Origin: Nitrospirota bacterium
Lineage (GTDB): Bacteria; Nitrospirota; UBA9217
Direction of reading: 5' to 3'
Assembly: GCA_963754875.1 (NCBI GenBank)
Contig: CAVWHO010000016.1
Location: forward strand, 64,001 to 128,000
DNA length: 64,000 nucleotides
Under the pieces are notes generated by a model, which saw only the letters and a list, made by a program, of their open reading frames with translations, searched no databases and had not been told where the DNA came from. Shown in pieces: positions 38,533-48,134 of this stretch; the first letter of the stretch is position 1, and each line of letters begins with the position of its first letter. Made by a program: the position numbers and the translations under genes.

Positions 38533-40305
38533 TTATTCCACCACATCCAGCTTGATCGACAGTTCTTTGAGCTGGGCCTGAGTCACGCGTGACGGCGCCT
38601 CGGTCATGACGCAGACGGCCTTTTGTGTTTTGGGGAAGGCAATCACGTCTCGGATCGACTGCGCGCCCGTAAGGATCGCCGTGATCCGATCGAGACCGAA
38701 GGCCAAGCCGCCGTGGGGCGGTGCGCCGTATTCGAGCGCTTCGAGCAGGAACCCGAACTTTTTCCTTGCATCTTCTTCTGCAATGTTCAGCAGGCCGAAC
38801 ATCTGTGACTGGACCTCCGACCGGTGGATACGGATGCTGCCGCCGCCGATCTCCGAGCCGTTCAACACGATATCATAGGCCTTGGCCCGTACCTTGAGCG
38901 GATCGGTTTTCATGAATTCGAAGTCTTCGTCCTTCGGCGCGGTAAAAGGATGGTGCATGGCGTCGTACCGCTTTTCATCGGCGTTCCATTCCACGAGCGG
39001 GAAGTCGGTGACCCAGAGGAAGTCCAGTTTGCTTTCGTCAATGAGGCCCAAGCGCTTAGCCACGAGCAGCCGCAGATAGCCCAGCGTCTCGGCAACAATC
39101 TTGGGGCTGTCGGCGATGAACATCATGAGGTCGCCGGGCTTTGCAGCAAGCCGCTCGGCCATGGATTTGACCTGGCCGTCTTTGAAAAATTTGGCGATCG
39201 GCGACTCAAACCCCGATGCGGTCACTTTGATCCAGGCAAGTCCTTTTGCTCCGAATACCTTTGCCTCATTCGTGAGGTCGTCCACTTCCTTGCGCGAAAG
39301 ACCGGCCATGCCGGGAGCGGCAAACCCCTTTACCTTGCCGCCGAGTTCCACGGCCTGAAGAAAGACCTTGAAGGCGGAAGCCTTGGCAATGTCGGAGATG
39401 TCCTTGAGTTCCAGCCCGAAACGCGTGTCCGGCTTGTCTGAGCCGTAGCGGTCCATGGCCACGTGATAGGGAAGACGTGGGAACGGCACGGCGATCTCGA
39501 TGCCTTTCACCTGCCGGACAACTTCAGCAACGAGCTTTTCCATGAGCGCAATGACATCGTCTTCGTCGATGAACGACATCTCAAGATCGATCTGCGTAAA
39601 CTCGGGCTGCCGGTCCGCGCGAAGGTCCTCATCGCGGAAGCACTTGACGATCTGGTAATAACGTTCGAAGCCGGCCACCATCAGGATCTGCTTGAAGAGC
39701 TGGGGCGACTGCGGAAGCGCGAAGAACATGCCGGGATTCACCCTGCTCGGAACAAGATAGTCCCGGGCGCCTTCGGGCGTGCTCTTCGTGAGGAAGGGTG
39801 TTTCGATGTCTACGAAGCCGTTGCTGTCGAGGAAGCGCCTCACGGTCTGGGTGATCTGATGGCGCGTGATCAGGACCTTTTGCAGGCTCGGCCGCCGCAA
39901 GTCAAGATAGCGGTACTTGAGCCTCAGCATCTCTGCGACATCTGTTTCGTCTTCGATCATGAAAGGAGGTGTCTTTGCCTGATTCAGGACCGTCAAATCG
40001 GTCACGAGCACTTCGATCTCGCCGGTCGGGAGCTTGGAGTTCACGGTATTGCCCGGCCGGGGCGCAACAGCGCCCGTGACAGCGATCACGTATTCGCTCC
40101 TGATATCATGGGCCAAAGCATGGGCATTCGATGCCGTTTCGGGGTTGAAGACCACTTGCGTGATGCCGCCCCGGTCCCTAAGGTCCACGAAGATGAGTCC
40201 GCCGTGGTCTCGTCTCGTGTGCACCCATCCCATGAGCGTCACGACAGCAGCCACGTCTTTTTTTGTCAGTTCACCGCAGGTATGCGTTTTTTTTTGTGCT
40301 TTCAC
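38533..40305 (-). CDS. aspS: Aspartate--tRNA ligase, probably non-discriminating
   Basis: [32 protein letters not shown] and GAPPHGG. GTG start at 40305 after GAGGGG. Confidence 0.96.
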   Translation of the reverse strand: MKAQKKTHTCGELTKKDVAAVVTLMGWVHTRRDHGGLIFVDLRDRGGITQVVFNPETASNAHALAHDIRSEYVIAVTGAVAPRPGNTVNSKLPTGEIEVLVTDLTVLNQAKTPPFMIEDETDVAEMLRLKYRYLDLRRPSLQKVLITRHQITQTVRRFLDSNGFVDIETPFLTKSTPEGARDYLVPSRVNPGMFFALPQSPQLFKQILMVAGFERYYQIVKCFRDEDLRADRQPEFTQIDLEMSFIDEDDVIALMEKLVAEVVRQVKGIEIAVPFPRLPYHVAMDRYGSDKPDTRFGLELKDISDIAKASAFKVFLQAVELGGKVKGFAAPGMAGLSRKEVDDLTNEAKVFGAKGLAWIKVTASGFESPIAKFFKDGQVKSMAERLAAKPGDLMMFIADSPKIVAETLGYLRLLVAKRLGLIDESKLDFLWVTDFPLVEWNADEKRYDAMHHPFTAPKDEDFEFMKTDPLKVRAKAYDIVLNGSEIGGGSIRIHRSEVQSQMFGLLNIAEEDARKKFGFLLEALEYGAPPHGGLAFGLDRITAILTGAQSIRDVIAFPKTQKAVCVMTEAPSRVTQAQLKELSIKLDVVE

Positions 40306-40455
40306 GGGCCTGATTCCCCTCTTTCGTCGTTTCAAAAACAGGCTGGATAATAGCATCTCATACAGCACAAAGTCAAGCGCCCAATGCAGGGGAACAGCGC
40401 CACGCGCCCCTGAAATCGCTGTCTGTCTTGAACGGGTTATGCTATAGTAAAAGAC

Positions 40456-41290
40456 ATGTCCGCCCGGATTGTCGCACTCGTGCTTGCATTCTTGCTCCAC
40501 GGTTCTGCGGGGCAGTCCCATTCCCAGCCAAAGTCCCTTATACTGAAGCTCGACTATATAGCGGAAAAGACGGACTTAAAATAGCGGTCCCTCCCACGGT
40601 CGGGGAAATGCCGAAACTCGGTCTCGCGCTGGCTGGCGGCGGAGCAAAGGCCGCTGCATCGACCGAGGGACTGAAGGTCCTGGACAAAGAAGGTATCCCC
40701 GTGTCCTTCATTGCGGGGACAAGCATGAGTGCGGGCCCGTCGACACTTGAGACACGCGTGTCTGACCCCACTCCGGTATTCTTGTCAAGGGGTCCTACGA
40801 GATGGCGCAGCCCGGCTGTGGGAGCACCAATGCCTTTACGAAAGCATCAGTGTATGCTCAAGGGAACCTGCCGCTGGGAGATCGGCATACGATCATCATG
40901 GAAGGCTCCGGCAGGGTCGGCAGCGGCGAACTGCCGTACCAGGAAAAGTTCGGGATCGGCGGGGCAGACTATCTATTGGGATTTCCTCTCATGGGATACC
41001 AGCGCAGGGAATTCGTAGGTGCCGATGAGCTGAGGTTCTCGCTGTCCTACCGGTGGAAGATCAAGGACTACCAGCTCAAGGCCGTGAAGGCCCTCTGCCT
41101 GAACGTTGCCTGACAAGAGGCAAGTGTCTGGAACAGCAGGAGCTCGATGTCGTCCGGTAATTTGTGGAACGGGGTCGGCATCGGCCTGCACGCAGATACC
41201 ATTATCGGGCCCGTTAAGCTCGATTACGCAGTCGGGGGACACGACCGTTACGCGGTCTATTTTTCAGCGGGATTCGATTTTTTGAAAGGG
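40456..41290 (+). pseudogene. Internally deleted patatin plus Omp85/BamA-barrel gene (PlpD-like)
   Basis: Signal-like start; LGLALAGGGAKA and IAGTSM (patatin); then barrel strands ending GPVKLDY..YFSAGFDF. Frameshifts and an internal TGA at 41111. Confidence 0.75.
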
Positions 41291-41397
41291 GGCTGCGAGC
41301 ACACCTGCTCCCGGCACTCTGTACCGCTGTAATCATGCCTACCTGAACCGGTTCTGCTGAAGAGACGTCGAGGCACCGGTAACTCTGTGGCATTATC

Positions 41398-41751
41398 TTA
41401 TGTTAGATAGCGCAGGTATTTTTTCAGCCTGTCCATTTCATGCCTTGCAAAGCATTCTTCCGCTCCCGCATCGATCAGACTTGCCCGGTCCTCGGTTGCA
41501 GCATGATTCGTGAATATGATAATCCGCGCTGCGGGGTTGTTCCTTTTCATACGTTTGAGCCGATTGAAGTAATCCAGACAGAACATCCGCATATCGAGGA
41601 GAACGGCGATGTCCGTCGCGTTTCCAGGGAAAACGGTCTCGTTGAACGCCCCTTGATCTGCGACATCAACCGAGTGTCCTTCGTCTTCAAGCTCGTATTT
41701 GAGAACACTCGCGAGATTTTTTTCGATGTCTGCAATAAGTATCCGTGCCAT
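41398..41751 (-). CDS. Atypical single-domain receiver protein
   Basis: RILIAD, LLDMRM, IIIFT and AGA; the conserved Lys is absent. Confidence 0.75.
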   Translation of the reverse strand: MARILIADIEKNLASVLKYELEDEGHSVDVADQGAFNETVFPGNATDIAVLLDMRMFCLDYFNRLKRMKRNNPAARIIIFTNHAATEDRASLIDAGAEECFARHEMDRLKKYLRYLT

Positions 41752-41919
41752 AGTTCCTGTTCATTCTTGACGATGCGAGGGAGTATTTTTCAATCTGGCA
41801 TCGCTGCTCTTTTTGTCCAGACTGTTCCGTTCCTCTTTTACAAAGCTTTCCAGTTCCCAATAGAGATGCTTCAGTTTACCGAGTGCTGCAGACAGAGCGC
41901 ATCAAGGTGATGCCGCTCG

Positions 41920-42237
41920 TCAGCCGCCCTTCAATCTATGGAAAAGACAGGCGTACAGCTGGAAGTTCGATCCCTCTTCTTCTCGTACCTTTAAATAAAA
42001 ATCACATTGCTCGCAATGCTCGAACTTCATACCGCACATTCCCTGGACCTTGCCGCTGCACAAGGTGCCCGCGATCATCCAGCAGGCTCTTCCACTGTTT
42101 TTCCCGCCGTGCACGCCATTCAGACGGGTATCCGTCGTTGCCGGGCAAACGCCCGACACGGCGGCGCGTTCACCACCGGGTTCCCTTCCACAACCCTTCA
42201 ATTCCCAGCAATTCAATTTTGTTATGACATCGTCCAC
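41920..42237 (-). CDS. Two-CW-motif Cys-rich protein
   Basis: NCWE..CGR..CP..GRACW..AGTLC..C..CDF. Confidence 0.85.
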   Translation of the reverse strand: MDDVITKLNCWELKGCGREPGGERAAVSGVCPATTDTRLNGVHGGKNSGRACWMIAGTLCSGKVQGMCGMKFEHCEQCDFYLKVREEEGSNFQLYACLFHRLKGG

Positions 42238-42278
42238 GATTTCACCGCGTCCGGAAAAAAGGTCTCCTCTGAGGCTTT

Positions 42279-42641
42279 CTATTTCTTGGGCTTCTCCTGG
42301 GGAGTGGCCGGAGCTATTGATGGAAATTTTTGTTTTTCAAGGCACCGCTCTATCCCGAGACGCGTGACCGAAAAACCCAAGGCTGAGGGTTCTTCTTCCT
42401 GTTTCACTCGTGTCATGAATTCACAGCGCCAGCAATTATGTAATTTCTGCGCATAGGTGCCTTCAATTTTTCCGCCGCACAGGGATCCCGCCACGACCCA
42501 GCATGCCCTTCCTGCGTTCTGGCCGCCGTGGGCGCCGCCCAAGTCCTGAGATGTGGACACCGGGCAGATGCCGAGTTCTTGCGCTTTATGGCCGCCAGGC
42601 TGACGTCCGCAATTCTTGAATTCCCAGCAATTCTTTTTCAT
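42279..42641 (-). CDS. Two-CW-motif Cys-rich protein (paralogue of 41920-42237)
   Basis: NCWEFKNCGR..CP..GRACWVVAGSLC..CWRCEF; AGGAGG RBS. Confidence 0.85.
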   Translation of the reverse strand: MKKNCWEFKNCGRQPGGHKAQELGICPVSTSQDLGGAHGGQNAGRACWVVAGSLCGGKIEGTYAQKLHNCWRCEFMTRVKQEEEPSALGFSVTRLGIERCLEKQKFPSIAPATPQEKPKK

Positions 42642-42794
42642 ACCGTCCCTCCTGTATACCGTTCTCGATAATGCTCATCCCGTATCGCGATGAGGTGGCT
42701 GGTCCCATATTCTGTAAGACATTGCAGCAACCACGGAAAAACGTTTTTCCGTTTCCGACAGATTGACACCGAGGAATGCGCTGCATGAATGTCT

Positions 42795-42810
42795 AGCAAA
42801 AATATTGCCA
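42795..42810 (-). promoter_or_regulatory. sigma54 -24/-12 promoter for the CW-protein genes
   Basis: TGGCAATATTTTTGCT on the minus strand; exact GG-N10-GC spacing. Confidence 0.7.
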
Positions 42811-43109
42811 TCTCTAACCAATTGTTTTTTAAATTTTTAAGCAGTGAGAGAGCTGAAATGCCGGGCAATTTATCTTGGCATGACGGCAGAATGCCTGATT
42901 GAGAAGATGCGAAGGACAAAAAAATATTCAGGGTTTTACAATCACGGGTCCTGATGTTGACCGCCTCAACCCAGCATCCGTTTTATTCGCTCTTTCTGCT
43001 TCTATTTACACCACGCCTTATCGGGCATTCTGTCTTCCAGATAGGGAGAGATTCCCGACTGTGCAGCGTGCTCGCATCACTATACTATAAAAAATCAGTG
43101 CGTTAGCAA

Positions 43110-43125
43110 TGGCAGCATTTATGCT
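43110..43125 (+). promoter_or_regulatory. sigma54 -24/-12 promoter for the cytochrome c7-like gene
   Basis: TGGCAGCATTTATGCT; IHF-like AATCAGTGCGTTA at 43093-43105. Confidence 0.65.
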
Positions 43126-43152
43126 AGGAGAAGACGGCGGGAGGGAGTGGGC

Positions 43153-43470
43153 ATGAAAAAATATATTTTTATGATCGAGCTTATTTCACTTTTTCTCACA
43201 CCAACGGCATGGTCAAAGATCGGAGGCGGAGATATAACGTTCCTGGTGAAAGATGCGGGGAATGTTGTATACAACCATGATTCCCATGTCGATAAATTGG
43301 GGCTGGGGTGTTCAGCGTGTCACTACGGTATTTTTGCCCGGGCCGCACATAACATCAGGGATAAAGCGACCATGACAGAGATGCAGAATGGGAAGTCTTG
43401 CGGCAGTTGCCATAACGGACGAAGAGCATTCGGGGTAGATAAAAACTGCTCACGCTGCCATCATAAATGA
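43153..43470 (+). CDS. Trihaem c7-type periplasmic cytochrome
   Basis: Signal peptide; YNHDSH, CSACH, M..M..GKSCGSCH and CSRCH. Confidence 0.88.
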   Translation: MKKYIFMIELISLFLTPTAWSKIGGGDITFLVKDAGNVVYNHDSHVDKLGLGCSACHYGIFARAAHNIRDKATMTEMQNGKSCGSCHNGRRAFGVDKNCSRCHHK

Positions 43471-43693
43471 CAACGTGTCAGCAGGAAAGTAACATCCGTA
43501 ATTCCCTGTAGACGGAGCGGCGGAGCTGCATTTCTCACCGAGGGGACACATGACCCTGTGAAGTGAGCGTTGCGACGTGAGGCGGTATTCGGGAAAATAA
43601 ATTTTTGCTAGAATGTCGGCAGGTGCGTCAAGCATAAAAAAGCCAGTTCTGCACTTTGCAAATCTTACCTCTTAAGTTGAAAGATCATGATAC

Positions 43694-46369
43694 ATGGAAA
43701 AAATTAAAAGAATAACCATCTCGGGCAAGCGGTATGATTTTTATCTGTTGTCGGCATGGACCGCGGTAATTGCTTTTGCTTTTATTTTTTCTGCTTATTA
43801 TTATCATCAAAACATGCTCGGCCAGGCCGCAATCGAAGCGCGAACACACTTGGATCTGGATATGGAATACAGGTCTTTTATAACAACATTAGGAGGTGTG
43901 TATGTTCCCGCTTCGGTTGTTCGCCCGAATCCATTCCTCGTTGCCCGGAATAAAAATATCACGACAACCGAGGGAAATAAACTGACGCTTGTTAACTCGG
44001 CATATATGACGAGATTGTTATTCGACACAGACAATACAAGTACGGGACAGCCCGCTATCAGCAAAATTACCAGTTTAAAGCCCATTAATCCGGGCAACAA
44101 GCCGGACGCCTGGGAAAGGGACGCCTTGCTCTCCTTCGAGAAAGGTCGACAGGAGGCCCGTGAAGTCAAAACAATAAATGGAGAACCCTTTTTGAGACTC
44201 ATGCGACCGCTCGTCACCGAAAGAAGATGCCTCATGTGTCATGCATACCAGGGGTATAAGGACGGAGATATCCGCGGCGGCATCAGCGTGGCCGTTCCGT
44301 TAAAACAGTATCTGAAAACAGAATCAAGAACAAGAAGCAAATTATTTATTATCGATATTTTCGTTTGGCTTATCGGATGCGCAGGGATCGTCGGCTTTTC
44401 CAGGGTCAGGCAAGAACAGGAAAAAGATCTTGTGGAAAGCGAATGGAAGTTCAGGACTGTATCAGAATCAACTCATGACTGGGAGTATTGGGCTGCTGAA
44501 GATGGGTCAATAGCATATATGTCCCCTTCCAGCACGATCATCACCGGTTACAGCCCCGAGGAGTTCTTAACGAAGCCCGACCTTCTCATGGAAATCATGC
44601 ATGATGAAGACAGAGCTACCTTTAGTTGTCACTTGAGTGATGTGAGGGCCAAGCAACACCGGGAAATAGAAATCAGAATTATCACAAAGGACGGCCATCT
44701 GAAATGGATTGCTCATTCATGTTCTCCTCTCTATAAGAAGGAAAGATTCCTCGGAAGGCGTGTAAACAACAGGGACATTACCGAACGCAAACAGGCCGAG
44801 GAGGCCCTGATCGAACAGGAGGGGTTTTCAGCAAATCTTATCGGGCACTCGGCAACGGCAACTTTCGTTTTGGATAAAAACCACAAGATCATGCTCTGGA
44901 ATAGGGCATGCGAAGAACTTACCGGGCTTCGTGAATCCCAGATGATAGATACCGATGACCAGTGGAAACCCTTCTACAGCTACAAGAGGCCCACCATCGC
45001 AGATTTCATTATTGACAACGATTTCGAAGAGCTTTTTAAATATTATGACAATTATACAAAATCACCACTCCTCCCCCAGGGAATCAAGGCCGAAGGCTGG
45101 TATCGAGATCTCGGTGGCAAGGACAGATACATCATCTTTGAGGCGTCTCCGATACATAGCAGCAAAGGAAAGCTGATAGCCGCGATTGAGACACTGCAGG
45201 ATATAACGGAAAACAAAAAACTTGAGGAACAACTTCTTCAGTCCCAGAAGCTAGACGCCATCGGTAAACTCGCTGGCGGCGTGGCCCACGACTTTAATAA
45301 TATACTGACCGCTATCATGGGGTTTTCTCATCTCACGCTTTCGAAACTGCCTGAAGACGATCCGTTGAGAGGCAACATGGATCAAATTCTCCTCGCGTCG
45401 AACCGGGCAGTCGAGCTTACCCAGGGTCTTCTTTCTTTCAGCAGGAAACGTATTATGAACCCTGCGCCGCACAGCCTGACTGACATTGTCGTGAAACTGA
45501 AAAAATTTTTGCTGCGGTTGATCAGGGAGGACATACAGCTGCTTATTACGCTGTCGGAGGAGGAACTGACTGTTTTCGTTGACAGCGGCCAGATTGAGCA
45601 GGTGCTGATGAACCTCGTTACAAATGCAAGAGATGCCCTGCCGACGGGTGGGCAAATAGCTATCCGAACTGAGTCTGCATACTTGGATGAGTCCTTTGCC
45701 GAGACGCATGGGTATGGGGAGGCGGGCAGATATGCCGTTCTCATTGTTTCTGATACAGGCAAGGGAATGGATGCAAAAACGAGAGATAGGATATTCGAGC
45801 CTTTTTTTACAACAAAAGAACAGGGGAAAGGGACAGGTCTCGGCCTCGCAGTAGTATACGGCATCATCAAGCAGCATAATGGATTTATCAACGTCTATAG
45901 CGAGCCGGGGAAAGGTACGTCGTTTAAAATCTATCTGCCTCAATTGAGAGGGAGCCACAAGGTAGAGCAAAGAGAGGTGCAATCCAGCACAATACAAGGC
46001 GGCTCAGAGACGGTACTCATAGCCGAGGACGACGCAGTGTTGAGGGAACTATCGTCCACAATACTGCGCAATCACGGATACCACGTGATCGAGGCGGTTG
46101 ACGGCGAAGACGTAGTGGTCAAATTCAACGAAAACAAGGGTCGCGTGAAATTGATTATCTTCGACGTCATTATGCCGAAGAAGAACGGTTTAGAAGCGTA
46201 TCAGGATATTCGGAGGATAGACCAAGCGGTGAAAGCAATTTTCGTCAGTGGTTATGCGGAAGACTTAATGAATAAAGAAGGTCTGCTTGAGCCCGGCATC
46301 AATTTCATTTCTAAACCCATTATCCCATCAACGTTGTTGCAGAATGTGAGAAAAGTGTTGACTTCGTAA
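43694..46369 (+). CDS. Hybrid histidine kinase: haem-c (DUF3365-like) sensor, 2 PAS, HisKA, HATPase, REC
   Basis: PINPGNKPDAWE, CLMCH, AHDFNNIL, GKGTGLGL and a C-terminal receiver. Confidence 0.92.
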   Translation: MEKIKRITISGKRYDFYLLSAWTAVIAFAFIFSAYYYHQNMLGQAAIEARTHLDLDMEYRSFITTLGGVYVPASVVRPNPFLVARNKNITTTEGNKLTLVNSAYMTRLLFDTDNTSTGQPAISKITSLKPINPGNKPDAWERDALLSFEKGRQEAREVKTINGEPFLRLMRPLVTERRCLMCHAYQGYKDGDIRGGISVAVPLKQYLKTESRTRSKLFIIDIFVWLIGCAGIVGFSRVRQEQEKDLVESEWKFRTVSESTHDWEYWAAEDGSIAYMSPSSTIITGYSPEEFLTKPDLLMEIMHDEDRATFSCHLSDVRAKQHREIEIRIITKDGHLKWIAHSCSPLYKKERFLGRRVNNRDITERKQAEEALIEQEGFSANLIGHSATATFVLDKNHKIMLWNRACEELTGLRESQMIDTDDQWKPFYSYKRPTIADFIIDNDFEELFKYYDNYTKSPLLPQGIKAEGWYRDLGGKDRYIIFEASPIHSSKGKLIAAIETLQDITENKKLEEQLLQSQKLDAIGKLAGGVAHDFNNILTAIMGFSHLTLSKLPEDDPLRGNMDQILLASNRAVELTQGLLSFSRKRIMNPAPHSLTDIVVKLKKFLLRLIREDIQLLITLSEEELTVFVDSGQIEQVLMNLVTNARDALPTGGQIAIRTESAYLDESFAETHGYGEAGRYAVLIVSDTGKGMDAKTRDRIFEPFFTTKEQGKGTGLGLAVVYGIIKQHNGFINVYSEPGKGTSFKIYLPQLRGSHKVEQREVQSSTIQGGSETVLIAEDDAVLRELSSTILRNHGYHVIEAVDGEDVVVKFNENKGRVKLIIFDVIMPKKNGLEAYQDIRRIDQAVKAIFVSGYAEDLMNKEGLLEPGINFISKPIIPSTLLQNVRKVLTS

Positions 46370-46480
46370 GCCGGCAGGCGCCCTTAATAGAGTTACCGTT
46401 GAATAATTCGGCAGAGGGATTGCGATTCCACGCTTCTCAAACCGAACACTTACTACAGCTGAAAAGCGAGGAGTTGAACC

Positions 46481-48088
46481 GTGATAATGAAAAAAACTAT
46501 TAACGGCAATATGTCATTGTCTTCGAAAATTGGTGCCCCCATTGTTGTCGCTGTATTTATTGGTATTGCCATTTCCGTACTTGTTACTGGCTATACAATG
46601 AAATTAATTGTTATTCAGGAGGTGGAGAAATCGACGCTGGAAACAACGCGAGATACGGTTCTGAATTCCCTTACAACAATGATGGTGAGTAATGATATTC
46701 AAAATTCAAAGAAATTATTCATCGACCAGATGAAGAATATTGTCGATCTGAAAGTAATCAGGTCAGATAAATTAAACGAACAATTTGGCACGGTTGAAAA
46801 AAGTTATACAAAAGATGATATTCAAGCGGAAGTACTCAGCAAAGGAGTAGAGAAAATAGTCCTTGAAGGTGAGTCTATAAGAGGGGTTTATCCCTATATT
46901 GCCAAGCGGAATATTATGGGGAGAAACTGCCTGAGCTGTCACAATGTGCCCGAAGGGACTGTCCTGGCGGCTGTGGACATAACAGTACCCCTCGGCGCCT
47001 CCTATGCGAGAATTAAAAAATTACAGTGGCTATTTGTCCTTTTGGGTCTTGCAGGAATTTTGACGCTCTTGTTTATTGTCCGTTACATAATGAAAGTCAT
47101 GCTGCGGCCCCTCCACGAAGTTATAAGCAAAATAAAGGAAGTTTCAACGGGCGATCTTACCGTACATTTCCCTTATCATAATAATGACGAAATAGGGGTT
47201 CTCTCACGAAACATGGAAACAATGACGCAGTCGATTTCCTTATTAATCACGCGTATTCTGACAACATCCTCAAAAGTTGTTGATTCTGTCGATGCTCTTC
47301 AGCAAAGCGGAGACCGTCTGTTTACTAGCGCTAAAAACCAAGCCGTGCAGGCTCAACATATTGCGTCAGCGTCGGAAGAGATGAGCCTGACGATCGGAGA
47401 CATAGCAAAAAATTCTTCCGTAGCGGCATCAATTACTTCAAACGCCATGAACATGGCGAACGGAGGAAAATCTGTCGCCGAAGGGGCCGTGCAAATAATC
47501 ACTAATGTGGATGCCTGCAGTGCTGAGTTGCAGCACCTCATTAATGATTTGAATGAAAGCGCTATGGATATAGGCAACATTGTAACTATTATCAATGGAA
47601 TTGCCGATCAGACCAATTTGCTTGCGTTAAATGCATCGGTCGAAGCAGCGCATGCCGGCGATAAGGGCCGTGGTTTTGCTGTTGTTGCTGATGAAGTCCG
47701 CAAATTGGCCGAAAAAACGATTAATGCTACAATAGAAATATCCAGCAAAACAAAAGCAGTACAGCAAAAAACAAACCAAGCTACTATATCGATGGAAAGT
47801 TCCTCGAAGGAAGTAAGTAAAGCCACTACACATATGAAGAGCGTGGGAGAACAATTACACCACATCGTGGATGCTGTTCAAAAAGCCAAGGACGAAATAA
47901 TATCCATTGCTACAGCTGTTGAGGAACAGTCCTCGGTTGCCGAGAATGTCACGAAAAACATAGCAATAACATCTAATACCGCTCAAAGCATGGAAGATCT
48001 GGCAAACAATATTTCACATCAGGTTAATGCTTTAACCAAAGTAGTTACCGAGATGAGAGAATATTCCTCTGAGTTCAAAACTGCCTAA
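46481..48088 (+). CDS. Methyl-accepting chemotaxis protein with a periplasmic haem-c motif
   Basis: CLSCH between two TM helices, HAMP domain, [35 protein letters not shown]. Confidence 0.93.
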   Translation: MIMKKTINGNMSLSSKIGAPIVVAVFIGIAISVLVTGYTMKLIVIQEVEKSTLETTRDTVLNSLTTMMVSNDIQNSKKLFIDQMKNIVDLKVIRSDKLNEQFGTVEKSYTKDDIQAEVLSKGVEKIVLEGESIRGVYPYIAKRNIMGRNCLSCHNVPEGTVLAAVDITVPLGASYARIKKLQWLFVLLGLAGILTLLFIVRYIMKVMLRPLHEVISKIKEVSTGDLTVHFPYHNNDEIGVLSRNMETMTQSISLLITRILTTSSKVVDSVDALQQSGDRLFTSAKNQAVQAQHIASASEEMSLTIGDIAKNSSVAASITSNAMNMANGGKSVAEGAVQIITNVDACSAELQHLINDLNESAMDIGNIVTIINGIADQTNLLALNASVEAAHAGDKGRGFAVVADEVRKLAEKTINATIEISSKTKAVQQKTNQATISMESSSKEVSKATTHMKSVGEQLHHIVDAVQKAKDEIISIATAVEEQSSVAENVTKNIAITSNTAQSMEDLANNISHQVNALTKVVTEMREYSSEFKTA

Positions 48089-48134
48089 GGCGAACTGATA
48101 ATGTTGGACCGCTGAAACAGATCACCGTTAGAGG

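Noticed and set aside
41111..41113. In-frame TGA in the Omp85 fragment as possible selenocysteine
   Set aside because: It lies in a barrel strand of an already broken gene with no redox motif; a nonsense mutation is simpler.
41895..41922. Hairpin right after the TGA of the CW protein as a possible SECIS
   Set aside because: Readthrough meets another TGA six codons later and the loop lacks the expected G; more likely a 3' stability or terminator hairpin.
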